From NCBI GenBank assembly GCA_964648665.1, contig CAZYOA010000004.1, forward strand, positions 52,894 to 116,893: a stretch of DNA of 64,000 nt, given 5' to 3'. How positions within the stretch are numbered: position 1 is the stretch's first letter; each line of letters starts with the position of its first letter. The DNA comes from an uncultured Planctomycetales bacterium. Lineage in GTDB: Bacteria > Omnitrophota > Gorgyraeia > Zapsychrales > Aceulaceae. Shown here in pieces: positions 28,095 to 38,276 of the stretch. Under the pieces are notes generated by a model. It was not told the DNA's origin. It made no database searches and saw only the letters and a list, made by a program, of their open reading frames with translations. The translations under genes and the position numbers were made by a program.

Positions 28095-29126
28095 ATGGAT
28101 AATAAAATACGAGTTTTGATTGTTGATGATTCTGCTTTAATGCGAAAAGCATTAGAGGAAATTTTGACATCAGATGAAAATATTGAAGTTGTTGGTTTTG
28201 CAAAAGACGGACAAGAGGCATGTGAAAAAGTACGTGTCTTAAAGCCAAACGTTATTACAATTGATATTAACATGCCGGTTATGAATGGTCTTGATGCGAT
28301 ACAGGCGATTATGTCTGATGTTCCTACGCCTATCATTGTTGTTAGCAGTATGGATGCGAGAATTGTTGCGAAAGCACTCGTTATTGGAGCTATGGATTTT
28401 GTTGTTGTTTCAGATGAAATTGACGAAGTTTCTAAGAGCTTGATTGAAAAAGTTAAGATTTCATCAAATGTGCGACCGTTAAAGCGGATACCTCCTAAAA
28501 TCTTTGAACTAAAAGAAAAAAAGGAAAAAGATTTTAAAAAAGAGTTTTCTAGTGAGAAAGATCTAGATTTTGTTGTTTCAATCGGAGCTTCAACGGGAGG
28601 GCCTCAGGCTCTTCAGGTTGTTCTTTCTTCTTTGCCCGAAAGTTTCAATGCTGGCATATTGATCGTTCAGCATATGTCTGATGGTTTTATTGGAGGCTTG
28701 GCAGATTGGCTTTCGTCTGTAACGCCACACAAAGTTGAACTTGCACGGACAGGTGATATTTTGAAGAATGGAAAAATCTTTTTAGCACCGGATCGATACC
28801 ATTTATGCATTGATGATCATGGCGTTATTCAGTTAAAAAAAGGATCTTTAAGTAAGTCAGGATTTGTTCCTTCTATAGATGAGACGATGGCTTCTGTTGG
28901 CGAAAGTTTTGGCTCGCGTTCAATTGGAGTTATCATGACAGGCATGGGAAGAGACGGGTCAGTTGGGATAGAAACGCTTAAGCGATGCAAAGGAAAAACA
29001 ATTGCTCAAGATGAGGAAACATCTGTTATTTTTGGTATGAATAAAGAAGCCATTGATAAGGGGTGTATTGATTGCATCGTTTCATTGGATAAAATTAGCG
29101 AAACAATCTATAATATAATATCTTAA
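28095..29126 (+). CDS. cheB: protein-glutamate methylesterase CheB (REC + methylesterase)
   Basis: An N-terminal REC (VLIVDDSALMR, TIDINMP) is followed by a CheB catalytic domain (GASTGGPQAL, HMSDGF). Confidence 0.9.
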   Translation: MDNKIRVLIVDDSALMRKALEEILTSDENIEVVGFAKDGQEACEKVRVLKPNVITIDINMPVMNGLDAIQAIMSDVPTPIIVVSSMDARIVAKALVIGAMDFVVVSDEIDEVSKSLIEKVKISSNVRPLKRIPPKIFELKEKKEKDFKKEFSSEKDLDFVVSIGASTGGPQALQVVLSSLPESFNAGILIVQHMSDGFIGGLADWLSSVTPHKVELARTGDILKNGKIFLAPDRYHLCIDDHGVIQLKKGSLSKSGFVPSIDETMASVGESFGSRSIGVIMTGMGRDGSVGIETLKRCKGKTIAQDEETSVIFGMNKEAIDKGCIDCIVSLDKISETIYNIIS

Positions 29127-29144
29127 AAACTTAAGGATAGATTT

Positions 29145-29504
29145 ATGAATAAAAAAGTTTTAATCATCGATGACAGTGCTTTTGTTTTAAATATGCTTAA
29201 AGATATGCTAGAAGAGAAATGTTTTTCTTGCTTGACAGCTGAAGATGGCGAAAAAGGAGTTGCAGTTGCAATTAGCGATAAACCAGATATCGTTATATGC
29301 GATACGCTTTTACCTGGAATAGATGGGTTTGAAGCATGTCGGCAAATAAGAGAGCAGTTAAATTCTGAAACAACAAAAATTATTGTTATGACAGGAACAG
29401 CTGATGCTATTGATGCTGTTAAAGCGCGAGAAGTTGGTGCGGATGATTATTGTGCCAAAACAAGCGATTTTAGTGTTTTAATAAAAGCGATAGAGAAAAT
29501 ATAA
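29145..29504 (+). CDS. stand-alone response regulator receiver
   Basis: It has a complete REC (LIIDDSAF, VICDTLLP, MTGT, AKT). Confidence 0.8.
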   Translation: MNKKVLIIDDSAFVLNMLKDMLEEKCFSCLTAEDGEKGVAVAISDKPDIVICDTLLPGIDGFEACRQIREQLNSETTKIIVMTGTADAIDAVKAREVGADDYCAKTSDFSVLIKAIEKI

Positions 29505-32500
29505 ATGAGCTTTAAAAAGCAATGCCTTAAAACAAAATCGTGTGCAATCTTCTTGATGATCGCGTTTTTAATTATAATTACAGGAAGTATTGTCGTTCCT
29601 AAAATGGCTCAGTATGGTAAAGAAGAAATTGCTCAAGAAGCACAAGCGATTCTTTTTGCTTTAACCAATAGTGTTAATCGTGAAATTGATGAAGTTCATC
29701 GAGTTGCCGTTGCTTTGTCTGGAGATGCTTCATTGAAGAATGCTTTGCAGTCATCTGAATTTGAAGTTTTAATGACAGCAAATAGTGTTCTTGATCGTTA
29801 TGCAGATGCTCTAACAGATACGGTTTGCTATGTTCTTAATACAGAAGGCTTTACAGTTGCATCTTCAAATCATGAAAACATTGATAGTTTTGTGGGAAAA
29901 GACTACAGTTTCCGTCCTTATTTTCAAATGGCAAAGCAAGATGGATATGGTGAATATTTCGCTTATGGTGTAACTTCAAGAAAAAGAGGATTTTATGCAT
30001 CGGCTGTCATTAGAAATGAGTTTAATAGCGTCATAGGAGTCGTTGTTATGAAGCGAGATGTTGATGTTCTTGCTAAGGATTTTTTAGAGTTCCATCCTTG
30101 CTTTTTGATTGATCCTAATGGCATTATTTTTCTTTCAAGCAACCCAAGTTTAGTTTTAAGGTCTTTATGGCCATTAACAGCTGAGCAAGAGAAAGATCTT
30201 ATTGAGAGCAAGCAGTTTGGTGTAGGACCTTTTCAATCTATTCTTTTAGAAAAGATTCAAGTTGACGAAAAAGTTGAATTAGAAAAGAAATCTTTTCTTG
30301 CTTTTCGCCATCCTATTAAAACTAAAGGTTGGTCTTCTCTAATCTTGATGCCATCAAAACGAATAACTTTTTATAAATTCTTCGGAATTATAGTTTTCTT
30401 ATTCCTTATTGTTTTAGTAACCGTGGCTTTTATTATTGTATCTATTGCAAATAGCTCTGCTGAGAAATCGAGAGGGTTTGTAGCTATTGTTGAGTCTTCA
30501 TCAGATGCCATTGTTGGAAAGACGGTTGAAGGAAATATTATAAGCTGGAATAAAGGCGCTGAAAGAATGTATGGGTATTCAGCTAAAGAAATTATAGGAA
30601 AGTCAATTGCAATTTTAGCTAAAGATGATCAAAAACAAGAAATTGTAAATATTTTAAAAAGAATTAAGTTGGGTGAGAGGATTGAAAACTTTGAAACAGA
30701 GCGGATTACTAAAGATGGACGCAAGATTGTCGTATCTTTAAACATTTCGCCTATTCGAGACTCTAAGGGCAATGTTGGGGAGGTGGCAACAATTGCGCGT
30801 GATGTTACTCAAGAGAAAAAAGCTCAAGAAGTTTTAAAAGAAACACAGGAAGCTTTAAAAGAAAAAGCCTGGGGTTTAGAAAAAACAAATGATGCGATTA
30901 AAGCACTTTATTCGGATCTTTCGGATAAGACTCAGAAGCTGGAGGAATCACGAGAAGAGATTGCTGCAGCCAAAGATTCCGCTGAACGAGTTTTTGATCT
31001 TAGCCCGAGTGCAATTTTTACAGTCAATAAAGACAAGATTATTACAAAATGGAATAAAAAAGCAGAAGATACAACAGGATATTCTTCTGAAGAAATTATA
31101 GGTAAAGATTGTTCTATTTTTGCGGATTACCCGTGTAAAGAAATTTGTGGACTTTTTTCTGATCAGATCGAAAAACCAGTTTCGTCTAGAGAATGCCGCA
31201 TTCGAAGAAAAGATGGAGAGTTTAGAACTATTGCAAAGAATGCGGATCTGCTTTACGATTTACATGGAAATGTTTCTGGAGGCATAGAAAGTTTCGAAGA
31301 TATTACAGATCGCAAGAAAGCTCAAGAAAGTCTAGCTGAGAGTGAAGAAAAATATCGTCATTTAGTTCAGAATGCAAATAGTATTATCTTGCGAATCAAT
31401 GATCAAGGAGAAATTACATTTTTCAATGAGTATGCGGAGGAATTTTTCGGATTTACTCAAGAAGAAATTGTTGGAAAACATGTTATTGGAACTGTTTTAC
31501 CTGAGCAGGACGGGGTGGGTCACGATTTAAATGAAGTGGTTTCACGTATCTTGCAAGATCCTAAGAAATATGCGAATAATGAGAATGAAAATATTTGTAA
31601 AGATGGTCGACGAGTTTGGGTTCGATGGTCAAATAAAGTTGTTTTAGATTCAAGAAAAGATGGAGGAAGCGAAATTTTATGCGTGGGAACAGATATCACA
31701 GAGATTAAAGAATTTCAAAATGAACTTATAAAGCTTTCTCGTGCAGTTGAGCAAAGTCCGAGTGTCGTTGTTATTACAGATTTAGAGGGTAATATTGAAT
31801 ATGTAAATCCAAAATTCTGCGAGTTAACGGGATATTCTTTTGAAGAAGCGGCTGGCCAGAATCCTCGAATTTTAAAATCTGGTGACAAGCCTGAAGAATT
31901 TTATAAGGATATGTGGGATACGATTCAATCTGGAAAAGAATGGCGGGGAGAATTTTGCAACAAAAAGAAAAATGGTGAAGAGTATTGGGAGCTTGCTTTG
32001 ATATCGTCAATACGAAATGATCAAGGAGAAGCAACGCATTTCTTGGCTGTTAAAGAAGATGTTACGGCGCGTAAAGCTGCTGAAGATAAAGCTAGAGATG
32101 CTATTCGGCTTAAGAGTGAATTTATTTCTGTTGTTTCTCATGAATTGCGTACTCCTCTGACGGCAATTAAAGAAGGTATTTCTATTGTTGCTGATGGTGT
32201 GACTGGCGAGGTTAATCCTGATCAAGCAGAATTTTTATCTGTTGCGAAGAGAAATGTTGAAAGATTGTCTCGGTTAATTAATGATGTTTTAGATTTCCAG
32301 AAACTCGATGCTCAGCAGATGACATTTGATTTTGAATTACAAAATATTAATTTGTTAGTTCAAGAAGTTGGCAAAACAATGGAGAAGATTGCGCAAAAAG
32401 ATGGATGTGAATTAAAAACAGAATTAGATGAGACCATCCCAGAAATTAATATGGATCATGATCGTGTTACTCAAGTTGTAACAAATTTAGTTAATAATGC

Positions 32501-32813
32501 GATTAAATATGCGGCGGGTAAGCCGATAACGATTAAAACATCACATCAAGGCAATACTATCCAAGTTTCTGTTATTGATCAAGGTGAAGGCATTAAAGAA
32601 GATGATTTTGAGAAGCTTTTTCAAACATTTAGCCAATTGAAAAAAGGTAAAGAAAGAAAAACAGGAAGCACGGGACTTGGTCTTGCGATTTCAAAGAAAA
32701 TTGTCGAAAGCCATGGTGGAAAGATTTGGGTTGAGTCTGAATATGGAAAGGGAAGTTCTTTTTCTTTTCTTATTCCTGTTGAAGAGAGAAGAAAGAGTGA
32801 AAGCGAGACATAA
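29505..32813 (+). CDS. sensor histidine kinase: periplasmic Cache-like domain, TM, four PAS/PAC modules, HisKA + HATPase
   Basis: At 1102 aa it has a Cache-like segment (residues about 40-290) flanked by TM helices. Repeated PAS signatures are present. The H-box is [11 protein letters not shown] and the ATPase has N/G1/G2 boxes ([25 protein letters not shown]). It has no receiver domain. Confidence 0.85.
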   Translation: MSFKKQCLKTKSCAIFLMIAFLIIITGSIVVPKMAQYGKEEIAQEAQAILFALTNSVNREIDEVHRVAVALSGDASLKNALQSSEFEVLMTANSVLDRYADALTDTVCYVLNTEGFTVASSNHENIDSFVGKDYSFRPYFQMAKQDGYGEYFAYGVTSRKRGFYASAVIRNEFNSVIGVVVMKRDVDVLAKDFLEFHPCFLIDPNGIIFLSSNPSLVLRSLWPLTAEQEKDLIESKQFGVGPFQSILLEKIQVDEKVELEKKSFLAFRHPIKTKGWSSLILMPSKRITFYKFFGIIVFLFLIVLVTVAFIIVSIANSSAEKSRGFVAIVESSSDAIVGKTVEGNIISWNKGAERMYGYSAKEIIGKSIAILAKDDQKQEIVNILKRIKLGERIENFETERITKDGRKIVVSLNISPIRDSKGNVGEVATIARDVTQEKKAQEVLKETQEALKEKAWGLEKTNDAIKALYSDLSDKTQKLEESREEIAAAKDSAERVFDLSPSAIFTVNKDKIITKWNKKAEDTTGYSSEEIIGKDCSIFADYPCKEICGLFSDQIEKPVSSRECRIRRKDGEFRTIAKNADLLYDLHGNVSGGIESFEDITDRKKAQESLAESEEKYRHLVQNANSIILRINDQGEITFFNEYAEEFFGFTQEEIVGKHVIGTVLPEQDGVGHDLNEVVSRILQDPKKYANNENENICKDGRRVWVRWSNKVVLDSRKDGGSEILCVGTDITEIKEFQNELIKLSRAVEQSPSVVVITDLEGNIEYVNPKFCELTGYSFEEAAGQNPRILKSGDKPEEFYKDMWDTIQSGKEWRGEFCNKKKNGEEYWELALISSIRNDQGEATHFLAVKEDVTARKAAEDKARDAIRLKSEFISVVSHELRTPLTAIKEGISIVADGVTGEVNPDQAEFLSVAKRNVERLSRLINDVLDFQKLDAQQMTFDFELQNINLLVQEVGKTMEKIAQKDGCELKTELDETIPEINMDHDRVTQVVTNLVNNAIKYAAGKPITIKTSHQGNTIQVSVIDQGEGIKEDDFEKLFQTFSQLKKGKERKTGSTGLGLAISKKIVESHGGKIWVESEYGKGSSFSFLIPVEERRKSESET

Positions 32814-32824
32814 AGGAGAGGGTT

Positions 32825-33193
32825 ATGGCAAAGAAAATTTTAGTTGTTGATGATGAGCCGGATATATTAAAAGTTGTTATTTTTCGTCTTCAAAAAGAGG
32901 GGTACGAGGTCAAAACAGCTATTGATGGGCAGATGGCGATAGATATGCTCTCTGAAGAAAGGCCTGATATGGTTCTTTTAGATATTACGCTTCCGCTTCT
33001 TAATGGATTTGAAGTGTGCAAGAGAATAAAATCAGATGAAAATCTTAAAGATATTCCGGTTATGTTTTTAACAGCATCAACAGCGTCTGAAGGATTTAAA
33101 GAAAGAGCTGAGAGTGTTGGCTCCCAAGGCTACATGTTTAAACCATTTGATTATGAGTTATTATTAGAAAAAGTAAAAAAATTAATAAATTAG
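32825..33193 (+). CDS. stand-alone response regulator receiver
   Basis: It has a complete REC (LVVDDEPD, LLDITLP, LTAS, FKPF). Confidence 0.8.
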   Translation: MAKKILVVDDEPDILKVVIFRLQKEGYEVKTAIDGQMAIDMLSEERPDMVLLDITLPLLNGFEVCKRIKSDENLKDIPVMFLTASTASEGFKERAESVGSQGYMFKPFDYELLLEKVKKLIN

Positions 33194-33202
33194 GAGAATA
33201 AG

Positions 33203-33562
33203 ATGGAAAAGAAAATTTTAGTTGTTGAGGATGAGCTAGATATTCAAAAAATTTTAAAAGCTAATTTAGAAGCAGCTGGGTATGTAACGTTTGTTGCAGA
33301 TAATGCTAAGCAAGGACTAGAGCTTATTAAAAAAGAGCAGCCGGTAGCGGTTATTCTTGATGTCATGCTTCCAGATGAAAACGGTTTTGATGTTTGTCGA
33401 AAAATTAAGAATGACAATGATGAAATAAAGGTATTAATTTACACCGGAAAGCTTGAAGCTGTTGATGCTAGACGAGCTAGAGAAGCAGGGGCAGACGATT
33501 TTACGGTTAAAACAGTTGATTTTAAATATATCTTAGAATCGATTGAGAAATTAACTTCATAA
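33203..33562 (+). CDS. stand-alone response regulator receiver
   Basis: It has a REC fold with an ED acidic pair (VVEDELD), then ILDVMLP, YTGK and VKT. Confidence 0.8.
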   Translation: MEKKILVVEDELDIQKILKANLEAAGYVTFVADNAKQGLELIKKEQPVAVILDVMLPDENGFDVCRKIKNDNDEIKVLIYTGKLEAVDARRAREAGADDFTVKTVDFKYILESIEKLTS

Positions 33563-33581
33563 GAAACGTTATATTTTAAGA

Positions 33582-34175
33582 ATGACCTCTGTTTTTTTTG
33601 AAAAGCAGGGGTTATTTATTTTTAGGTCAAAAATGTTTAAAATGCGCATATATCTGTACTTAATTCTTTTGGTTCTTCCGTTATTAATAGGGTGTGATTT
33701 TATTTATGGGATTATTCAAAAGCAAGCAGCACATGAAAAGGCGTTGATTGGCGAGATTGTTCCTTTTGTGCAGAATGAAAAAGTTGAAGAAATTCAAAAA
33801 CTTTTGAAGGTTAATGGTTGTTCCCCTGGAAAAATTGATGGAAAAATGGGTCAAAAAGTGAGAGAAGCGATTGCTAGTTTTCAGGAGGATCGCGGACTAG
33901 ACGTTAATCGGTATATTGACAAGCCGACTTGGGAAGAATTAAATTTATATACAGATTTAGGGCTTGTTTTTGATGGAGAAATTGATATTGCTTTTATTCA
34001 GCAAATTCTTACGAGAGAGGGATTTGATCCTGGCAAGATAGATGGAAAGCTTGGATCTAAAACAATTGAAGCTATTAAGAGGTTTCAAGATCAGAATGGT
34101 TTAAAGCCAGATGGAAGAATAGGGCCAAATACGTTGTCTATCTTTGTTGACTATATCATGACTTCAGAGTACTAG
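33582..34175 (+). CDS. lipoprotein with two PG_binding_1 (peptidoglycan-binding) repeats
   Basis: An internal Met (MFKMRIY...LLIGC) gives a lipobox, so the true start is probably about 33636. Two repeats of about 60 aa (GCSPGKIDGKMGQKVREAIASFQEDRGL and GFDPGKIDGKLGSKTIEAIKRFQDQNGL) match the PG_binding_1 pattern. Confidence 0.6.
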   Translation: MTSVFFEKQGLFIFRSKMFKMRIYLYLILLVLPLLIGCDFIYGIIQKQAAHEKALIGEIVPFVQNEKVEEIQKLLKVNGCSPGKIDGKMGQKVREAIASFQEDRGLDVNRYIDKPTWEELNLYTDLGLVFDGEIDIAFIQQILTREGFDPGKIDGKLGSKTIEAIKRFQDQNGLKPDGRIGPNTLSIFVDYIMTSEY

Positions 34176-34197
34176 GTGGCTTATTTCCGAGAATAGC

Positions 34198-34226
34198 TTG
34201 CCAATAGACGACAAATCACGTATAAT
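34198..34226 (+). promoter_or_regulatory. near-consensus sigma70 promoter for the pgmB-otsB-GH65 operon (TTGCCA - 17 nt - TATAAT)
   Basis: The -35 is ttgcca (34198-34203) and the -10 is tataat (34221-34226). It lies 78 nt upstream of the ATG at 34304. Confidence 0.5.
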
Positions 34227-34303
34227 ATTTAATGCAAATCTTACCTATTGATTTATAGTCATAAGCGTTAGAAAAATAAAGGTTTATAAAAAAGGAATGC
34301 ATA

Positions 34304-35062
34304 ATGAAGAGCTATGATGCAGTTATTTTTGATTTAGATGGTGTTATTACAAAAACAGCGTTAGTTCATGCCGCTTCTTGGAAAGAAATGTTTGATGGAT
34401 ATCTTAAAGCTAGAGAGCTTCGAGATGGTGAGCCGTTCAAGGAATTTACTCATGAAAAAGACTATCTTCCTTTTGTTGATGGTAAGCCTAGATATAAAGG
34501 TGTTCAAAGTTTTTTAGAATCCCGTAATATTGACATTCCTTTTGGTGATCCTTCAGATTTACCTGATAGTGAAACCGTTTGTGGACTTGGAAATAAGAAA
34601 AATGTAAAGTTTCAAGCTATTTTAGAGCAAAAAGGAGCTGAAGTTTTTGAGCCAGCCGTTGCATTAATTAAAGATTTAAAAGCTAATGGTGTTCATGTTG
34701 CTGTGGCGTCTTCTAGCAAGAATTGCCAGCTTATTTTACAAAAAACTGGATTAGAAGAGCTTTTTGAAAGTAGAGTTGATGGCGTTGTTTCTGCAGAGCT
34801 TGGGCTTAAGGGCAAGCCGGAAGGGGATATTTTTGTAACGGCTTGTAAAAATATTGGATGTATGCCTCAAAGAGGTGTTGTTGTTGAAGATGCTGTTTCG
34901 GGAGTTCAAGCTGGAAAAAATGGAGATTTTGCTCTTGTTTTGGGTGTGGCTCGTGAAGGAAACGAGCAAGAGCTTAAAAGTAACGGGGCAGATGTTGTTG
35001 TTGCTAATTTCAAAGAAGTTAACGCGCAAAGGATTGATCAATGGCTTCAGGAAAAAAGTTAA
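34304..35062 (+). CDS. pgmB: beta-phosphoglucomutase family HAD hydrolase
   Basis: It has HAD motif I (VIFDLDGVITKT), motif II (ASSS), and a K...VEDAVSGVQAGKNG motif III/IV. It is adjacent to a GH65 phosphorylase. Confidence 0.75.
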   Translation: MKSYDAVIFDLDGVITKTALVHAASWKEMFDGYLKARELRDGEPFKEFTHEKDYLPFVDGKPRYKGVQSFLESRNIDIPFGDPSDLPDSETVCGLGNKKNVKFQAILEQKGAEVFEPAVALIKDLKANGVHVAVASSSKNCQLILQKTGLEELFESRVDGVVSAELGLKGKPEGDIFVTACKNIGCMPQRGVVVEDAVSGVQAGKNGDFALVLGVAREGNEQELKSNGADVVVANFKEVNAQRIDQWLQEKS

Positions 35063-35835
35063 AGAATTTCTTTGAATATTTAGATGAAATAAAAGGCCGA
35101 TTAAATGGAAAAACATTAGTTGTTTTTCTGGATTATGATGGAACGCTTACGCCTATTGTTGCAACGCCAGATTTAGCAATTATTTCTGATGAAATGCGTT
35201 CAACGGTTGAAAATCTTTCTCAAAAAATAAAAGTAGCGATTGTTTCAGGAAGAGCAACTGATGATGTTCGCTCAAAGGTGAAGATTTCAGGTATTTTTTA
35301 TGCTGGAAGTCATGGTTTTGAAATTAATTATCCATCGGGCGAGGTCAAAATTAATGATGAAGCGCAGCAGATCCGTCCTATTGTTGATGAAATTCAATTG
35401 AAATTGACTGAACGCGTTAAGCATATTGAAGGCGCTTTAATTGAAAATGTTAAATATACGGTATCTTGCCATTATCGACTTGTTAAGGATGAAGATTTTG
35501 AAGAATTTGAAAAAGAAGTTGATAGTGTTTTGTTGGAATATCCGCAGCTTCGAAAAACAAACGGAAAAAAAGTTTTTGAAATTCGTCCAAAGATAGATTG
35601 GCATAAAGGAAAAGCTGTTAATTGGATTATGAATATTTTTGGACAAGAAGTTCAGAATATTTTGCCGGTTTATATTGGCGATGACACAACAGACGAAGAT
35701 GCTTTTAAAGCATTAAAAGAAAAGGGATTCGGTGTCTTGGTCGCGACAGCTGATAGAGAAACTGAAGCCGAATATATTGTTAAAGACACAGAGGAAGTCA
35801 AAAAAGTTTTACAAACTTTTATTGATCTTAATTGA
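35041..35835 (+). CDS. otsB: trehalose-6-phosphate phosphatase (HAD-IIB, OtsB-like)
   Basis: The motifs LVVFLDYDGTLTPIV, IVSGR and YIGDDTTDEDAF are present. It overlaps pgmB by 22 nt and the GH65 gene by 4 nt. Confidence 0.75.
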   Translation: MASGKKLKNFFEYLDEIKGRLNGKTLVVFLDYDGTLTPIVATPDLAIISDEMRSTVENLSQKIKVAIVSGRATDDVRSKVKISGIFYAGSHGFEINYPSGEVKINDEAQQIRPIVDEIQLKLTERVKHIEGALIENVKYTVSCHYRLVKDEDFEEFEKEVDSVLLEYPQLRKTNGKKVFEIRPKIDWHKGKAVNWIMNIFGQEVQNILPVYIGDDTTDEDAFKALKEKGFGVLVATADRETEAEYIVKDTEEVKKVLQTFIDLN

Positions 35836-38276
35836 TAATGAATACTTGGAAACTTGTATATGATCGATTTGTTCCAGAAGAAGAATCTCTAAGAGAATCT
35901 CTTTGTACTCTTGGAAATGGATATTTTGGAACGCGGGGTGCTGCTCCAGAAACATCAGTCACGAAGGTGCATTATCCAGGTACGTATATCGCTGGTGTTT
36001 ATAATGAACTGATTACAGATGTTGCAGGGCGAAAAGTTGCAAATGAAGATTTTGTTAATTGTCCTAATTGGCTAATGCTTAATTTTTGCATAGAGAATGG
36101 TCCGTGGTTTGATCGTCTGAAGGTAAAAATTCTTTCTTGGAAAATGACTCTCAATATGCGAAAAGGTGTTTTATCGAGACGTGTTCGATGGCAAGATGAA
36201 AAAGGACGGATTACTGTTATGGACAATCACCGCATTGTGAGCATGGCCAACCCTCATTGTGCTGCGCTCAAGTGTACAATAACTCCAGAAAATTATAGTG
36301 GAAAAATAACATTTCGAAGTGGAATTGATGGACAAATCATTAACGCTGGAGTTGAACGGTATAAGCAGCTTAATTCAAAACATCTTGAACCAAAAGCTTT
36401 AGGATGTTTTGGACAAGATGGACTTTTCTTACAGATGCAGACTAATCAATCAAAGATTGAAATCACTCAAGCTGTTCGAACGCTTGTATTTTCTGATAAC
36501 CAAAGAATCTATCCGAAGATGCGTGTATTGACGCATGGGCGGGAACGCACAGTTAAAGAGTTTTCTGTCGATGTTGAAAAAGGAAAACGGTATGTTGTCG
36601 ATAAAGTGATGGGTCTTTATACCTCTCGCGATCAAGGTGTTGTTGATACTTGTGCAGCTGCGCAGGAAAGCGTTTCGACAATAGAAAGCTTCGATAGTCT
36701 TTATAAGCCTCATGCGGCACGTTGGCGTGCTTTATGGAAAAAGTTTGATATTGAAATTAGCGGTGATGATTTTAGTCAGCGTGCTCTTCGTTTGCATGCA
36801 TTTCATTCTCTTCAGGTTGCTTCAACATATAATGAAGAAATTGATGCGGGACTTCCAGCTCGGGGTCTTCATGGTGAGGCTTATCGAGGCCATATTTTTT
36901 GGGATGAACTCTATGTTTATCCTTTTTATACGTTAAAAGCACCTGAAATTACACGTGCTCTTTTGATGTATCGCTATCGTCGTTTATCTGCGGCAAAAGA
37001 ATATGCAAGAGAAAGTGGATACAGAGGGGCAATGTATCCTTGGCAAAGTGCTTCAGCAGGAAACGAAACAACGCAGGTTGTTCATTTAAATCCGATGTCA
37101 GGTAAGTGGGGACCGGATCATAGCTGTCTTCAAAGACATGTTTCAATTGCGATTGCGTACAATGTTTGGACATATTATTACACTTCAGGGGATAGCGATT
37201 TTCTTGCACGATATGGAGCAGAAATGATTTTAGAAATTTCTCATTTCTGGTCAAGTGCTACAAAATTTGATGAAGAAACTAAGAGATATTATATTGAAGG
37301 TGTAATGGGGCCAGATGAATTTCATGAAAAGCTTCCAGGGTCAGAGAAATCAGGTGTTAAAAATAATGCGTATACAAATATTTTGGTTGTTTGGATCTTA
37401 GAAAAAGCTTTATTTTTGCTTGATTCCATGAGCGAGGAAGAAAGACAGGCTTTGCTTTTAAAAATCGAAGTTTCTGGCGAAGAAGTTGATCGTTGGCGAG
37501 ATATCACAACAAAAATGACAATCCTGATGAGCAAAGACGGCATCATTCATCAGTTTGAAGGATATATGGATCTTAAAGAATTAGATTGGGACGAGTATCG
37601 TGCTAAATATGACAATATTCATCGCATTGATCGCATTCTAAAAGCAGAAGGATCTTCTCCTGATAATTATAAGGTTGCTAAGCAGGCGGATACTTTGATG
37701 ACATTTTATCTTTTAAATGACGAAGAGGTTCGTTCAATTTTTAAAAAGTTAGGATATCCCGTCTCTAAAGATATGTTTAGAAAAAATTATGATTATTATT
37801 CTAAACGTACATCGCATGGCTCAACATTGAGTCGTGTTGTTCATGCTTATTTAGCCGAGCGCGTTGATTATGAAGATTTAGCTATGGAACATTTTCAAGC
37901 TGCTCTTAAAAGTGATATTTATGATACTCAAGGAGGCACAACGCAAGAAGGTATTCATTGTGGTGTTATGGCCGGCACCATTGATTTAGTAATGCGTTGT
38001 TTTGCGGGATTAGGCATTCAAGATAATCAAATTTCGCTTAATCCAAAACTTCCAGAAAAATGGACTAAAATGAAGTTTTCTGTTCGCTATAGAGATATTT
38101 GGTTTAATATTGAAATTACAACAGAAAAAGTTATTGTTAAAGCAGAGCCTTTAAATAAGATTGCTTTACAGCGTCCAACAGAAATGTTTATTTCAATTAA
38201 TAATAATCGGTACAAAGTTACACCGAATGAAAAAACGGTCATTTCTCTAAATAAATGGCTTCCAATCAAATTTTAA
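35832..38276 (+). CDS. glycoside hydrolase family 65 disaccharide phosphorylase (trehalose / trehalose-6-phosphate / kojibiose phosphorylase type)
   Basis: At 814 aa the N-terminus WKLVYDRFVPEEESLRESLCTLGNGYFGTRGA is the GH65 N-terminal domain signature. A central (alpha/alpha)6 region and a C-terminal beta-sandwich follow. Confidence 0.85.
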   Translation: MIMNTWKLVYDRFVPEEESLRESLCTLGNGYFGTRGAAPETSVTKVHYPGTYIAGVYNELITDVAGRKVANEDFVNCPNWLMLNFCIENGPWFDRLKVKILSWKMTLNMRKGVLSRRVRWQDEKGRITVMDNHRIVSMANPHCAALKCTITPENYSGKITFRSGIDGQIINAGVERYKQLNSKHLEPKALGCFGQDGLFLQMQTNQSKIEITQAVRTLVFSDNQRIYPKMRVLTHGRERTVKEFSVDVEKGKRYVVDKVMGLYTSRDQGVVDTCAAAQESVSTIESFDSLYKPHAARWRALWKKFDIEISGDDFSQRALRLHAFHSLQVASTYNEEIDAGLPARGLHGEAYRGHIFWDELYVYPFYTLKAPEITRALLMYRYRRLSAAKEYARESGYRGAMYPWQSASAGNETTQVVHLNPMSGKWGPDHSCLQRHVSIAIAYNVWTYYYTSGDSDFLARYGAEMILEISHFWSSATKFDEETKRYYIEGVMGPDEFHEKLPGSEKSGVKNNAYTNILVVWILEKALFLLDSMSEEERQALLLKIEVSGEEVDRWRDITTKMTILMSKDGIIHQFEGYMDLKELDWDEYRAKYDNIHRIDRILKAEGSSPDNYKVAKQADTLMTFYLLNDEEVRSIFKKLGYPVSKDMFRKNYDYYSKRTSHGSTLSRVVHAYLAERVDYEDLAMEHFQAALKSDIYDTQGGTTQEGIHCGVMAGTIDLVMRCFAGLGIQDNQISLNPKLPEKWTKMKFSVRYRDIWFNIEITTEKVIVKAEPLNKIALQRPTEMFISINNNRYKVTPNEKTVISLNKWLPIKF

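Noticed and set aside
34176-34303. A possible riboswitch or leader upstream of pgmB (128-nt gap).
   Set aside because: The gap is explained by a consensus promoter plus a 70-nt AT-rich leader with no convincing conserved structure.
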